Assembly: GCA_964457245.1 (NCBI GenBank)
Contig: CAYWET010000006.1
Location: 21,098-85,097, forward strand
Direction: 5' to 3'
DNA: 64,000 bases
DNA from: an uncultured Chryseobacterium sp.
Lineage (GTDB): Bacteria > Bacteroidota > Bacteroidia > UBA10329
Part shown: one piece after another, positions 39,216-49,954 of the stretch
Position numbering within the stretch: the first letter of the stretch is position 1
Layout: every line of letters begins with the position of its first letter
Made by a program: the position numbers and the translations under genes
The notes under the pieces: model-generated
Told to the model about the DNA's origin: nothing
The model's database searches: none
Seen by the model: the letters and a program-made list of their open reading frames with translations, nothing else

Positions 39216-40844
39216 CTATTTGATTTCAATTGAATATTCCAATCGATGAAAATCTACTGGAGTGCGGTGCCCTAGGGGACAGTTTTCTTTGTAAGACTTA
39301 CCCTCGCCAGAGATAATAAAGTGGTTGTTAGAGTGTAATTCCAGCGGAGAATGGTATATGATTGACTCACCCATGTTATCATCTTCACAGCCACCATAAC
39401 CAACTGGAGTTGGGTCTAACATGAGATTGTTTATTCGATTTTTCAGCTCAGGTGTACAATCAGATTCTTGGTCAATGATATGTCCCATTACCTTGTCAAC
39501 CCCGTCTGCTTCCCAGCCACCAGCATAGACGCGGAATGACTCATCTTCGGGAACGTGTACCGTGAATGATTTATTAATTTTCCAATGGCGTTTTATGGTG
39601 CGGCCAAGCCCAGAACGAAGAATGTCTTTGTTGTTGGAAACAAACTCGTTGAGGAAAATGTACTGCCCACCAACCTCTGCAAACATTCGCAGCTCTGCTG
39701 GCGTCAGGAAGAAGATTTCTGATAACCTGCGGATTTTCAGCTTTTCCAGATTCACAACGTAGGTGTGAACCCTGTAATCAGTTGATATTCCATTGCCTTC
39801 ATCCCAATAGAGAAAAAGTGTTTTGCCATAAACCAATGTGTCTGGCAAATCAAGGGTTGACCAAGGAATGGTGATTGACGCACCAGCTGAATCGGAAGAA
39901 TTAAAAACGTCTATTTCAGTTTTGCCTTTGAAAGAGTTTCCTTTCCGATCAACGAGTTTGAATTTAAGCTGAGCCGTTTCTGACGGTCGAGCAAGTGTAT
40001 GTAATACGTTGAATTTGTAGTCCTTTGAGCTCATTTTCACAGGATGGGCCCAGTCGCCCGTATCCTGGTTATTGTAGAACGCGCTGCCATCGCCATTGGC
40101 GTAAATGTCAATTCGTGTAGCGAAAACAGAATCTCCTTTTTCAGACTCGATTTTATCTGGAAGATTTCTTCGGGTAACAAGAAGTCGCACGGGGTGTATT
40201 TCTGTCTTTGCTGGCGGGTGGCCGCGATCCCAAATCCATAAACCCTCGACATGAACCCAATCGCCCGCAGTCGGCCAATTCCAGATTACATCGTAACGTT
40301 CATGACCAGCAGTTGCAAACCCAGCACTTCCACCCTTGCGGCAGACTTTGGCGTGTTTGTTCCCGCGATTTCCAGCGGCAAGCCCACTTTCCCATTCGCA
40401 ATGAACCCAATCACGTACAATCGTATCGCGAAGCTCATTTCCTAAACTATCTTTTGTGATTTTGATGTATCGCGATAGCAGATTTCGATAACCTTCATCA
40501 GGAAAAACGTTGAACGAAAAATCGTGTGTATAATGGTAAAGGGGAAGGTCTTCGAAACTAACGTGCGGCACACCGAAAGCATAACCTTCATGCCCCTCAA
40601 TTGGCATGATCTGCCCTTCAAGAACCACAACCGTATCATGATTGACTACTGGTCTCCATGATGGGAGTATCAGGCTTATGTCGATAATGTTCTTGAATCC
40701 ATAAACCTTCATGGTGTCCATGCAGGGGTAAATGCCAATGTCGGCCTCGTGCGACCAGCGAAGGTTTTTGGGGTATTTAAAAGGAGCCTGAGCTTGCGCG
40801 GACAAGCCGATCAGAATGACCGCAAGCGTCAGCAGGACTCTCAT
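39216..40844 (-). CDS. Secreted hypothetical protein, 542 aa, no recognisable domain
   Basis: Signal peptide MRVLLTLAVILIGLSAQAQA. Long uninterrupted ORF. Confidence 0.6.
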   Translation of the reverse strand: MRVLLTLAVILIGLSAQAQAPFKYPKNLRWSHEADIGIYPCMDTMKVYGFKNIIDISLILPSWRPVVNHDTVVVLEGQIMPIEGHEGYAFGVPHVSFEDLPLYHYTHDFSFNVFPDEGYRNLLSRYIKITKDSLGNELRDTIVRDWVHCEWESGLAAGNRGNKHAKVCRKGGSAGFATAGHERYDVIWNWPTAGDWVHVEGLWIWDRGHPPAKTEIHPVRLLVTRRNLPDKIESEKGDSVFATRIDIYANGDGSAFYNNQDTGDWAHPVKMSSKDYKFNVLHTLARPSETAQLKFKLVDRKGNSFKGKTEIDVFNSSDSAGASITIPWSTLDLPDTLVYGKTLFLYWDEGNGISTDYRVHTYVVNLEKLKIRRLSEIFFLTPAELRMFAEVGGQYIFLNEFVSNNKDILRSGLGRTIKRHWKINKSFTVHVPEDESFRVYAGGWEADGVDKVMGHIIDQESDCTPELKNRINNLMLDPTPVGYGGCEDDNMGESIIYHSPLELHSNNHFIISGEGKSYKENCPLGHRTPVDFHRLEYSIEIK

Positions 40845-41827
40845 TTTTGCTGCGTGAGCTTTTCCAGTATTTGAACTGCGTTTGTTGCTGCACCCTTTCT
40901 AAGATTATCGGCCACAATCCAAAGATTAAAGGCGTTTTCGGCACTCTCGTCTTTCCTGATTCTACCCACAAAAGTCTCATCCTTCCTGTGTACATTCAAT
41001 GGCATCGGATAAGAATTCGAGTTTGGGTCATCTTGGAGAATAATTCCTTCTGCCGAGGAAAGAACCTGTCTGATTTCATCTACTGAAGTCGCCCTTTCAA
41101 ACTCCACATTCACCGATTCTGAATGCCCGCCAACCACAGGCACACGCACCGCAGTAGCTGTTACTTTCAGGTTTGGAATGCCAAGAATCTTGCGGCTTTC
41201 GTTCACCAATTTCATTTCCTCTTTGGTGTAACCGTTCTCCAAAAACACATCGCAATGCGGAATGCAGTTACGATGAATCTGATAATTATATGCAGGGCTT
41301 GAAGCAGTCCGACCAGCTTCCTCTTCTTCCAGCTGCTGCATGGCCGCTTTTCCCGTTCCTGTAACCGATTGATACGTGCTGATGACCACTCGTTTCAATC
41401 CAAAGGCCTTGTGCAATGGCGCCAAAGCAACCACCAATTGAATGGTAGAACAATTCGGGTTTGCGATGATCTTTGAACCATCAGCTGCCGCAGCAATGTT
41501 CACTTCGGGCACAACCAAGGGCGTGTTTTCGTCCATTCGCCAAGCGGATGAGTTGTCGATAACAACCGTTCCAGCCTCTGAAAACTTTGGTGCCCACTCC
41601 AAAGAAGTGCTACCGCCAGCAGAGAACAACGCAAAGTCAGGTTTCAGAGAAATGGCCTGTTTCATACCAATTACTTTCACGTCTTTTCCTTTGAAGGAAA
41701 CGGTGGTTCCAACAGATCTTTCTGAAGCCACGGGAAACAGCTCATTAACAGCAATGTTCCGCTCTTCAAGAACAGTCAACATTTCTCGGCCAACCAATCC
41801 TGTGGCACCGACTACGGCAATTCTCAT
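40841..41827 (-). CDS. asd: Aspartate-semialdehyde dehydrogenase
   Basis: N-terminal Rossmann motif MRIAVVGATGLVGREM. Active-site context NPNCSTIQL. 328 aa. Confidence 0.9.
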   Translation of the reverse strand: MRIAVVGATGLVGREMLTVLEERNIAVNELFPVASERSVGTTVSFKGKDVKVIGMKQAISLKPDFALFSAGGSTSLEWAPKFSEAGTVVIDNSSAWRMDENTPLVVPEVNIAAAADGSKIIANPNCSTIQLVVALAPLHKAFGLKRVVISTYQSVTGTGKAAMQQLEEEEAGRTASSPAYNYQIHRNCIPHCDVFLENGYTKEEMKLVNESRKILGIPNLKVTATAVRVPVVGGHSESVNVEFERATSVDEIRQVLSSAEGIILQDDPNSNSYPMPLNVHRKDETFVGRIRKDESAENAFNLWIVADNLRKGAATNAVQILEKLTQQK

Positions 41828-41910
41828 AATTCGCTAACGAAAGGTTAAACTTAAACGGGTGGCAAAAGTACTATATTTACCCTCCTTGCCTGCGGGCAAA
41901 AACGCATTGT

Positions 41911-44520
41911 ATGCCGACTATTTCACGCCAGTTTTTCTTTTTGATTTTCATTCTGATTCCAACCCTTGGTTTTGGTCAGTTCGTAGATGATTTTTCGGAT
42001 GGTGATTTTACTGCCAATCCTACCTGGAGTGGCGATGCAGCCAATTTTGAAGTGGACGGAGGTCAAAAGTTGCACCTGAACGCGCCAGCAGAATCGGATA
42101 CCTCTTACTTGTCGGTTTTCAGCGAAGCGATTGATGATGCCACTTGGGAGTTTTTGGTTGAGCTGGATTTCAATCCGTCTTCAAGCAATTTGGCAAGGGT
42201 TTATCTCGTCTCAAACAACTCGAACCTTGAAGGGGCTTTGAACGGTTATTACGTTCGATTGGGTGGAGAAACCGAAGACAGAATCAGTCTTTATCGTCAG
42301 ACGGGAACTTCATCAACACAATTGATTACTTCTGCTGATGGATTGCTAAGCACAGATCCATCAGGAGCCAGGGTTCGCGTTACCCGAACAGCAAGTTCCG
42401 ATTGGGAATTAATGGCAGATACTTCGGGCGGAACAACGTTTGTTTCTATCGGAACGGTGAACGACACCACTTACGAGCAAAGTCTTTATTCGGGCGTTTG
42501 GTGCAAGTACACCAGTACACGGTCGGATAAGTTCTATTTCGATGATTTCAATGTGACAGGAAATCCGTTTGTGGATTCAGAAGCACCGACCGTTGAATCG
42601 GTAACCACCATTTCCAACACTCAGGTCGATGTTCAATTCAGCGAACCAGTTGACCAAACAACTGCGGAAACCCTCACGAATTATTTGGCAGATGGCTCGT
42701 TGGGAAATCCATCTTCCGCCCAGCGAGACGTCACGGATCAAAGCCTTGTGCATTTGACCTTCGCCACTCAGTTTACCAATGGAACGACTTACAATCTCAC
42801 CATTTCTAATGTTGAGGATCTGGCTGGAAACCCTGTCTCAACCAATACAGAACCTTTTATATATGTCATCCCATCACCAGCGGGATTCAGAGATGTGGTG
42901 ATCAATGAGTTCATGTGCGATCAAAGCCCTGTTGTTGGATTGCCTGAAGCAGAGTTTGTTGAGGTCTTCAATACCACAAATAATTTCATTGACCTTACTG
43001 GGTGGAAACTGGGAGATGCGTCTTCGTTGGGTACTGTCGGTTCGCATATTATTGGACCAGGTGAATTCGCAATTCTGACATCGACATCAAACGATTCCGC
43101 GTTCATGCCATTTTCAAATGTGGTTTTGGTGAGTTCATTTCCATCGCTAAATAACTCTGGAGACGACATCATTCTGCAAGATGCCAATGAGGTGGTAATC
43201 GATCAATTGAGCTACGATTTGAGCTGGTATCAGGATGAGGATAAGGAAGATGGTGGTTACACCTTGGAACAGATCAATCCGTTTGCGTCTTGTGTTAACG
43301 CGAATAATTGGAAAGGCTCCGATGATGTTTTAGGAGGCACACCCTCTGCACAGAATTCGGTGTTTGATGATACGCCTGATCAAATTGGGCCAGCATTGCT
43401 GAGTATTGACATTCTCGGCATACAGACCGTTCAGGTAAACATGAACGAGGCGTTGGACGCAGGATCGGTTTCAGTATTTAATTTCACGGTTGACCCAACG
43501 TTGAATGTGGTTTCGGCTTCGGCTATTGCACCTGCCAACAGTTCGTTGATTGTTTCGCTAGGAAACCCCATTGATACTGGAGTGGTTTACACGCTTACCT
43601 TTTCGGGAATTACAGATTGCGAAGGAAACCTACAGGGTTCGGATTCTGTTGGAACGTTTGTACTTCCGTTTGATGCCGATTCGGGTGATTTCGTGATAAA
43701 CGAAGTGCTGTTTAACCCGTACACAGGCGGTTCGGATTATGTAGAGTTGGTCAACGTAACCGACCGCCCTCTGAACTTGAAAGGTTGGCAATTTGCCAAC
43801 TATGACGAGGAAAATGGCATTAGCAGTCTCCGCACGATCGTAGAAAGCAATTATTCGGTTGAAGCTGGCGGGTACGTTTTAATAACGGAAGACACTTCGG
43901 ACGTGATGATGAACTACATCCAGCATGGCATCAACAATTTTATTGAGGCAGATCTTCCATCTTACAATAATGACTCAGGTACGGTGTATCTATTAAACCT
44001 GGACTCCATCGTTACTGAGGCATTTTCATATTCAGAAGAAATGCATTTCGCATTGCTTGATGACGTAAATGGTGTGTCTTTAGAACGATTGGATTTCAAC
44101 TCGCCAGTTACCTCAAAAGAAAATTGGCATTCTGCTGCTGAAACAGCAGGATTTGGAACACCAGGAGTGGAGAATTCGCAGTATTTCCCCAATCAAGGAC
44201 CAACTGGTGAGGTGAGCCTTTTTCCAGAGTTGTTTTCTCCTCGTGATGGAAATGGAGAAAATGTACTTTATGTGAACTTCAAGTTTGACTCTCCTGGTTT
44301 TGTTGCCACGGTTCGAGTGTTTGATTCCAACGGAAGATTGATCAGAACGTTGGCCACCAATGAGCTTCTTGAAAATGAAGGGTTCTTCAAATGGGATGGA
44401 AATACGGACAAAGGCGAACTCGCTCGCATTGGGATGTACATCGTCTTTTTCGAGGCATTCAGTACAAGCGGAGAAAAGTCCGTTCATAAACTTTCTGCTG
44501 CTTTGGGCGGGAGATTGTAG
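41911..44520 (+). CDS. Secreted protein with two lamin-tail (LTD) domains and a T9SS C-terminal sorting domain
   Basis: LTD-like segments VINEFM...EFVEVFNTT...LTGWKL and FVINEVLFNP...DYVELVNVT...LKGWQF. C-terminus VRVFDSNGRLIRT...GMYIVFFEA... Confidence 0.6.
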   Translation: MPTISRQFFFLIFILIPTLGFGQFVDDFSDGDFTANPTWSGDAANFEVDGGQKLHLNAPAESDTSYLSVFSEAIDDATWEFLVELDFNPSSSNLARVYLVSNNSNLEGALNGYYVRLGGETEDRISLYRQTGTSSTQLITSADGLLSTDPSGARVRVTRTASSDWELMADTSGGTTFVSIGTVNDTTYEQSLYSGVWCKYTSTRSDKFYFDDFNVTGNPFVDSEAPTVESVTTISNTQVDVQFSEPVDQTTAETLTNYLADGSLGNPSSAQRDVTDQSLVHLTFATQFTNGTTYNLTISNVEDLAGNPVSTNTEPFIYVIPSPAGFRDVVINEFMCDQSPVVGLPEAEFVEVFNTTNNFIDLTGWKLGDASSLGTVGSHIIGPGEFAILTSTSNDSAFMPFSNVVLVSSFPSLNNSGDDIILQDANEVVIDQLSYDLSWYQDEDKEDGGYTLEQINPFASCVNANNWKGSDDVLGGTPSAQNSVFDDTPDQIGPALLSIDILGIQTVQVNMNEALDAGSVSVFNFTVDPTLNVVSASAIAPANSSLIVSLGNPIDTGVVYTLTFSGITDCEGNLQGSDSVGTFVLPFDADSGDFVINEVLFNPYTGGSDYVELVNVTDRPLNLKGWQFANYDEENGISSLRTIVESNYSVEAGGYVLITEDTSDVMMNYIQHGINNFIEADLPSYNNDSGTVYLLNLDSIVTEAFSYSEEMHFALLDDVNGVSLERLDFNSPVTSKENWHSAAETAGFGTPGVENSQYFPNQGPTGEVSLFPELFSPRDGNGENVLYVNFKFDSPGFVATVRVFDSNGRLIRTLATNELLENEGFFKWDGNTDKGELARIGMYIVFFEAFSTSGEKSVHKLSAALGGRL

Positions 44521-44591
44521 GTAGTTTCCCTGTGCCGTTCCCGCATAAAGTGCGGAAGGCTGAATCCATTATTTCATTGTGTTAGATTTGG

Positions 44592-47018
44592 GTGGACAAA
44601 TCCTCACTTATGGTTGCCATCACATTCCGATACATTGTCCACATATTCTTTTTACTGATACCTACCATTGCATCGGCTCAGGTAAATGTTGATTCGCTTT
44701 TACAGATATGGAATGATGAGAGTAAGCGAGACACAGTAAGGCTTGAGGCGCTAAAAAAAGTTGCAGGAGATGGGTATCTGCACACACATCCTGATAGCGC
44801 CTATTACTATGCGAATATATTGGCCGAATTTTCTTCCAACAAAGGATACCCTAAATATGAAGCTGATGCGATAAATATTCAAGGAACCTCGTATTACCAT
44901 CGTGGCGATTTGAAAGAAGCATCGAAACATTTTGCATTGAGTTATCAAAAACGAAAGGATCTTGGAGATAAACAGGGAGTTGCTGGGTCCTTGAATAATT
45001 TTGGACTGGTTTCCTTAAGACAGGGAAATTTTGAGGAGGCAAAAGGGTATTATTTAGAAAGCCTGACCACCTACCAAGGAATTCAGGATAGTGCCGGGAT
45101 AGCTCTTTCTCTTAACAATATTGGCAGTGTCTATAGAAATCAGGGAGACTATGATAGCGCGTTGGAATACTATTTCAAGAGTTTGTTCATAAGAGAGAAG
45201 ATTAATGATTTATCAGGGGTTGGATTTACAAACAACAATATTGGACTGATTCATATGAGAGAAGGAAGTTACGATAGCGCAGTACAGTATCTTTTAGTTG
45301 GTGGAAATATTCTTAAGGAAATCAACAACCAGCGTGGATATGCCGGTACAATGATTAACCTAGCCAACGTCTATAATTATCAGGGAGAACCATCTTTAGC
45401 ACTTGAGTATTATGAACAGGCAATGAATTCTATGAATGGTATTGGAGAAAAGAAGGGGGTTGCCATATGTTTAAGTAACATGGCTTTGATATGTAGGACG
45501 CAGGGTAACTATATCCGCGCTATTAAATACATGGTGGACGGTTTGGAAATGGAACGGAAAATTGGTGATAAGCAAGGGGAAGGAATCTCCCTTAACGGCA
45601 TCGGAACACTATATCTGGAGCAAAATGACGTTGAACATAGCCTTCCTTACTTTGAAGAGGCACTTTCCATATTGGAAGGAATTGGAGATAAGGATAACAC
45701 GACAATTGCTTTGCACAATATTGGAAATGTTCACATGAAGCGCAATGACCTTGATGCGGCCAAATTGTTTTTTACCAAGGCGCTAAAAATAAATCAGCTA
45801 ATTGAAGACAAGGCAGGAATTGCAAATTCCCTGAATAGTCTTGGTAATGTTTATAGTAAGTCAAATGATTTGGAAACGGCTGAGAAACATTATGAAAAGA
45901 GTGTTTTACTTAAGCGTAGCATTGGACTTAAAGAAGGGATGATTCCGTCACTCGTTGGGATTGCATTGATAAGTAATAGAATGGGGCGATTCGAAAAGGC
46001 AGTTGTTCTTGGTTCGGAAGCACTTGAGATTGGAAACGAATTAAACATGGTGTCGGGTATTAGAGATGCAGCGGAGTCTTTGTATTATTCTTATAAGGCA
46101 ACAGGCAACTCCTCCAAGGCTCTTGAAATGCACGAACTCTTCGTTGCGATGCGGGATAGCATTATGAGTGAAGAAAACCAGCGTGCCACTATCCGCACAG
46201 AGTTTCAGCACGATATGGATATGAAAGATGCTCAGATAAAACTGCTTGATGAGGAGAGTGCACGAAAGGCTGCCGAAGCACGCGCAGAGCGAAACAAACG
46301 CCTGTTAACCTTAGGTGTTTCCGCTTCGTTAATCGTTATTCTTTTCGGAGGGGCTTACTTTGTTCAACGCAACAGAAAACAAAGGCATCAGGTTGAGATA
46401 ACCCGTGCCGAGCTGGAGAAAAAACTGGTTGAGAACGATTTTCTTCGGTCACAACTGGATCCGCATTTCATTAAGAACGCCCTGATTAACATAGACCGAC
46501 TTTTGGCCGAAGGAAAAACGGAAGAAGCGCAACGTTATAACGACCGCTTCTACAAATTAATGAACCTAACACTTGACAATGCGAGAGAACAACTGATCGG
46601 TTTGGATGAGGAATTGGAAATGATCGAACAATATCTGGCCATTGAATCCGAGCGATTGGGAAACCGCCTACAGTGGTCAGTTACCACTGCCGATGATGTG
46701 AACCGGGCAGAGGTGGAAATTCCGCCAATGATTCTTCAACCGTTAGTGGAGAATGCACTGAAACATGGTGCAGATATGAAAACTGGCAATGGTCTTGTGA
46801 AATTGGAGGTACGTGTAGAGAACGACCGAATTCTTTGCGTTGTGGAGGACAATGGCGGTGGTGTCGACCTCGAAAAAATGAAACGTTCCACCTCGCATGG
46901 GTTGCGCATTACGAGAGAGCGTCTTGAGATGTTCAGTAAATTGAATTTGGCCGAAGCAAAACTGGATCTGATAAATATTGGAACAGGCACCCAAGCTGTG
47001 GTTTCATTTAAAATCTAA
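44592..47018 (+). CDS. TPR-repeat sensor fused to a LytS/YehU-type histidine kinase (His_kinase + HATPase_c)
   Basis: Signal peptide. ~12 TPR-like units (...LNNIG.VY...GDYD.AL.YY...). One TM helix LLTLGVSASLIVILFGGAYFV. Phospho-His motif QLDPHFIKNAL. ATPase motif LVENALKHG...DNGGG. Confidence 0.8.
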   Translation: MDKSSLMVAITFRYIVHIFFLLIPTIASAQVNVDSLLQIWNDESKRDTVRLEALKKVAGDGYLHTHPDSAYYYANILAEFSSNKGYPKYEADAINIQGTSYYHRGDLKEASKHFALSYQKRKDLGDKQGVAGSLNNFGLVSLRQGNFEEAKGYYLESLTTYQGIQDSAGIALSLNNIGSVYRNQGDYDSALEYYFKSLFIREKINDLSGVGFTNNNIGLIHMREGSYDSAVQYLLVGGNILKEINNQRGYAGTMINLANVYNYQGEPSLALEYYEQAMNSMNGIGEKKGVAICLSNMALICRTQGNYIRAIKYMVDGLEMERKIGDKQGEGISLNGIGTLYLEQNDVEHSLPYFEEALSILEGIGDKDNTTIALHNIGNVHMKRNDLDAAKLFFTKALKINQLIEDKAGIANSLNSLGNVYSKSNDLETAEKHYEKSVLLKRSIGLKEGMIPSLVGIALISNRMGRFEKAVVLGSEALEIGNELNMVSGIRDAAESLYYSYKATGNSSKALEMHELFVAMRDSIMSEENQRATIRTEFQHDMDMKDAQIKLLDEESARKAAEARAERNKRLLTLGVSASLIVILFGGAYFVQRNRKQRHQVEITRAELEKKLVENDFLRSQLDPHFIKNALINIDRLLAEGKTEEAQRYNDRFYKLMNLTLDNAREQLIGLDEELEMIEQYLAIESERLGNRLQWSVTTADDVNRAEVEIPPMILQPLVENALKHGADMKTGNGLVKLEVRVENDRILCVVEDNGGGVDLEKMKRSTSHGLRITRERLEMFSKLNLAEAKLDLINIGTGTQAVVSFKI

Positions 47019-47031
47019 GCCGGAAAAGGAA

Positions 47032-48942
47032 ATGAAGAAACTGACCACCATTCTTTTTGTTTTGACTCCGATGCTTCCGTGTAGCGCCCAGATCAATTCA
47101 GATTCATTAATGATTGTGTGGAATGATAAGAGTAAGACCGATACGCTTCGTCTTATGGCAATCGAACAGCTGAGCACAGCCTTGGTGTTTTCAAATCCAG
47201 ATTCTGCCATTTCTCTTGCCCAGTTGCAGTACGAATTTGCATTAGGCAAAAGAAGGAAATGGGAGTGTAGCGCCTTGAACCTTCAAGGGCATGCTCTTGC
47301 GGTAAAAAGTCAGTATGAAGAAGCGGTGGTTCTTTACAGGAAAAGCCTTGAAGTAGGTAAGGAAATCGGTGATGAGACTGGAATGGCCAGAGCACTCAAC
47401 AATATTGGTCTGATACTCATGGATGTGGGTGATCTTCCAGAAGCTATCGAACACTTTCAGCAAAGCCTTCTGTTGAAGGAGAAAACGAATAATCCAGCAG
47501 AGGTTATTCCTGCACTGATAAACATTGCAAATCTATATGAGACCATAGGGGAACTCGATACTGCCATTAACCGTTATCGGAGGACTCTCGAAATCTGTAA
47601 TCAGGTCGGACACGTACGTGGTTCAGCTTACTGTCTTGGTAATATGGGTATGGTGTACAAGACCAAGGGTGAATTTAACATTGCAGATTCTCTGCTGAAC
47701 GAAGCACTCGTTTTAGGGAAACAGCTGAACGATCAGCAGGCAATTGCACGATGCTTTGCGGGTCTTGGAATGGTTCAGAAGGAACGCGGTGAATACATAA
47801 AAGCGCGGGATTTTTTTCTGCAATGCGTACAAATCGCTGAATCGGTAGAAGATAAAGAAGGAATCGGTGCCATCTACTACAATCTAGGCGAGGTTTACAG
47901 GCTTCAGGGAGATTTGAGTAAGGCTCAAATTTATGCGGAGAAAGCAATTGGAGTTGCTCGAAGTGTATCACATGCTGCAGATATTAGAAATGCCGCAGAA
48001 TCCCTCTACAAGATTTACAAAGCCACGAATAGCCCCTCAAAAGCACTTGTAATGCATGAATTGTACATCGCTATGCGCGACAGCATCATGAGCGAAGAGA
48101 ATCAGCGCGCCACAATCCGTACAGAGTTTCAGCACGATATGGATATGAAAGATGCGCAGATAAAACTGCTCGATGAGGAAAAGGCGCGTAAAGATGCGGA
48201 GGCAAGGGCAGAGCGTAACAAGCGTCTGTTAACGTTAGGTATTTCCGCTTCGTTGATTGTCATTCTTATTGGAGGGGCTTATTTTCTTCAACGCAATAGA
48301 AAACAGAAACATCAGGTTGAAATTACGCGTGCGGAATTAGAGAAAAAATTGGTGGAGAATGACTTTCTACGCTCTCAATTAGATCCACATTTTATCAAAA
48401 ACGCTCTTTACAATATCGACCGTCTTTTGGTGGAAGGAAAAACTGAAGAGGCGCAACGTTATAATGACCGCTTCTATAAACTGATGAACCTGACACTTGA
48501 CCATGCTAGAGAACAATTGATTGGTCTAGATGAGGAATTGGAGATGATGGAACAATATCTGTCGCTTGAGACCGATCGGCTTGGAAACCGCCTGCAGTGG
48601 TCTGTTACGGTGGCCGATGATGTTAACCCTGCCGATATAGAACTTCCACCAATGATTCTTCAACCACTGGTAGAGAATGCGCTGAAACATGGCGCGGATA
48701 TGAAAAGTGACAAGGGTGAAGTTAAACTGGAAGTTCGGGTTGAAAATGACCGAATTCTTTGCATTGTGGAGGACAACGGTGGCGGTATCGATCTGGAAAA
48801 GGTGAAACGCTCAACCTCGCATGGGTTGCGAATTACTACGGAGCGTCTTGAGATGTTCAGTAAGCTCAACCTTGCAGAAGCTAGGTTGGATATGCAAAAT
48901 ACCGGTAACGGTACACGAGCGGTGGTGTCATTTGCAGTTTAA
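47032..48942 (+). CDS. Paralogous TPR-sensor/LytS-type histidine kinase
   Basis: Same architecture. The C-terminal ~290 aa are near-identical to the upstream kinase; the TPR region is divergent. The start was taken at MKKLTTILF (the six-frame ORF begins at 46978, overlapping the upstream gene). Confidence 0.8.
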   Translation: MKKLTTILFVLTPMLPCSAQINSDSLMIVWNDKSKTDTLRLMAIEQLSTALVFSNPDSAISLAQLQYEFALGKRRKWECSALNLQGHALAVKSQYEEAVVLYRKSLEVGKEIGDETGMARALNNIGLILMDVGDLPEAIEHFQQSLLLKEKTNNPAEVIPALINIANLYETIGELDTAINRYRRTLEICNQVGHVRGSAYCLGNMGMVYKTKGEFNIADSLLNEALVLGKQLNDQQAIARCFAGLGMVQKERGEYIKARDFFLQCVQIAESVEDKEGIGAIYYNLGEVYRLQGDLSKAQIYAEKAIGVARSVSHAADIRNAAESLYKIYKATNSPSKALVMHELYIAMRDSIMSEENQRATIRTEFQHDMDMKDAQIKLLDEEKARKDAEARAERNKRLLTLGISASLIVILIGGAYFLQRNRKQKHQVEITRAELEKKLVENDFLRSQLDPHFIKNALYNIDRLLVEGKTEEAQRYNDRFYKLMNLTLDHAREQLIGLDEELEMMEQYLSLETDRLGNRLQWSVTVADDVNPADIELPPMILQPLVENALKHGADMKSDKGEVKLEVRVENDRILCIVEDNGGGIDLEKVKRSTSHGLRITTERLEMFSKLNLAEARLDMQNTGNGTRAVVSFAV

Positions 48943-48955
48943 GTAGTTTCGAAGA

Positions 48956-49705
48956 ATGATTCGCGCCATCATTATAGAAGACATCCAAGACCATAGGGAA
49001 TTGCTGAAAGAGCGCCTCGAGGATCATGATGATGTAACAGTTGTGGGCGAATTCGTGAATGCTGACAAAGGGCTTGTTGGAATTAGGCAACATAAACCTG
49101 ATCTGATCTTTCTTGATGTGGAAATGCCGTCTGGAATGAATGGATTGGAGATGCTTGAACAGATTCCCACCGATGATCGTGATTTCGGACTGATTTTTAC
49201 CACCATGCACGAGAAGTATGCGCGTAGGGCGATTGACATGGCATGTTTAGATTACCTAGACAAGCCAATTGTGGCTGAAAAGTTAGCCGAGGCTCTTAGA
49301 CGATTCAGAGAATCGGATAAGGAATCTCTGACCAAGCGCAACGGTATATTGGGCAAGGAGAACATGCTGGCAATTGCCAACATCCAAAAGGGGAAACGGT
49401 ACGAAACAATTGTTGATGCTCGAAACATCATATACTGCAAGGCAGACGGGAATTATACCGAATTCTATCTTAAAGATGGCCGCTTTTTATCCGCAAGCAA
49501 GGGCATCGCACATTACACTAAGTTGCTTGAATCATATGGAATGCTAAAGGTGCATCGGTCTTACCTGATAAATCTGAATCATGTCGATTCAATTGCCCAA
49601 GATGAAGTTATTATGAGAATGGAGGCACACCCGGAAAGTGTTAAGCGTTCCGTGTCTGTTTCCCGTGCCTATTCGCAGATTCTTCAGGCCCGCTTGTTGA
49701 GGTAA
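48956..49705 (+). CDS. LytTR-family two-component response regulator (receiver + LytTR DNA-binding domain)
   Basis: Receiver with acidic pocket IIIEDIQD and phospho-Asp context LIFLDVEMP. C-terminal LytTR pattern (...YCKADGNYTEFYLKDG...HRSYLINL...). Confidence 0.85.
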   Translation: MIRAIIIEDIQDHRELLKERLEDHDDVTVVGEFVNADKGLVGIRQHKPDLIFLDVEMPSGMNGLEMLEQIPTDDRDFGLIFTTMHEKYARRAIDMACLDYLDKPIVAEKLAEALRRFRESDKESLTKRNGILGKENMLAIANIQKGKRYETIVDARNIIYCKADGNYTEFYLKDGRFLSASKGIAHYTKLLESYGMLKVHRSYLINLNHVDSIAQDEVIMRMEAHPESVKRSVSVSRAYSQILQARLLR

Positions 49706-49954
49706 GTACCCTTCTGCTTTCTGACCAGTACCGCCATTTGCATAAGCGGTATTCTCCTGATTTTCCATTCGTACAGAGAATCCTACCATTCGACAGGAAA
49801 TGATGTCCATTCATACATCTTGATCTTCCTGTGCTCACTTCTCAAATACGTTTGCTCCTGTAATCGAAAACAAAAACATGAGCAAAGTTACCGGTCATAA
49901 AGTTCAAACCACCTCTTGTCAATTGAATGGCACAGTTCGGTTTGAACAAGGGTA

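Noticed and set aside
46978-47031. 18-codon N-terminal extension of the second histidine kinase that overlaps the first kinase.
   Set aside because: The extension (MEQAPKLWFHLKSKPEKE) precedes an obvious signal peptide that begins at MKKLTTILF, paralleling the first kinase. The start was moved to 47032.
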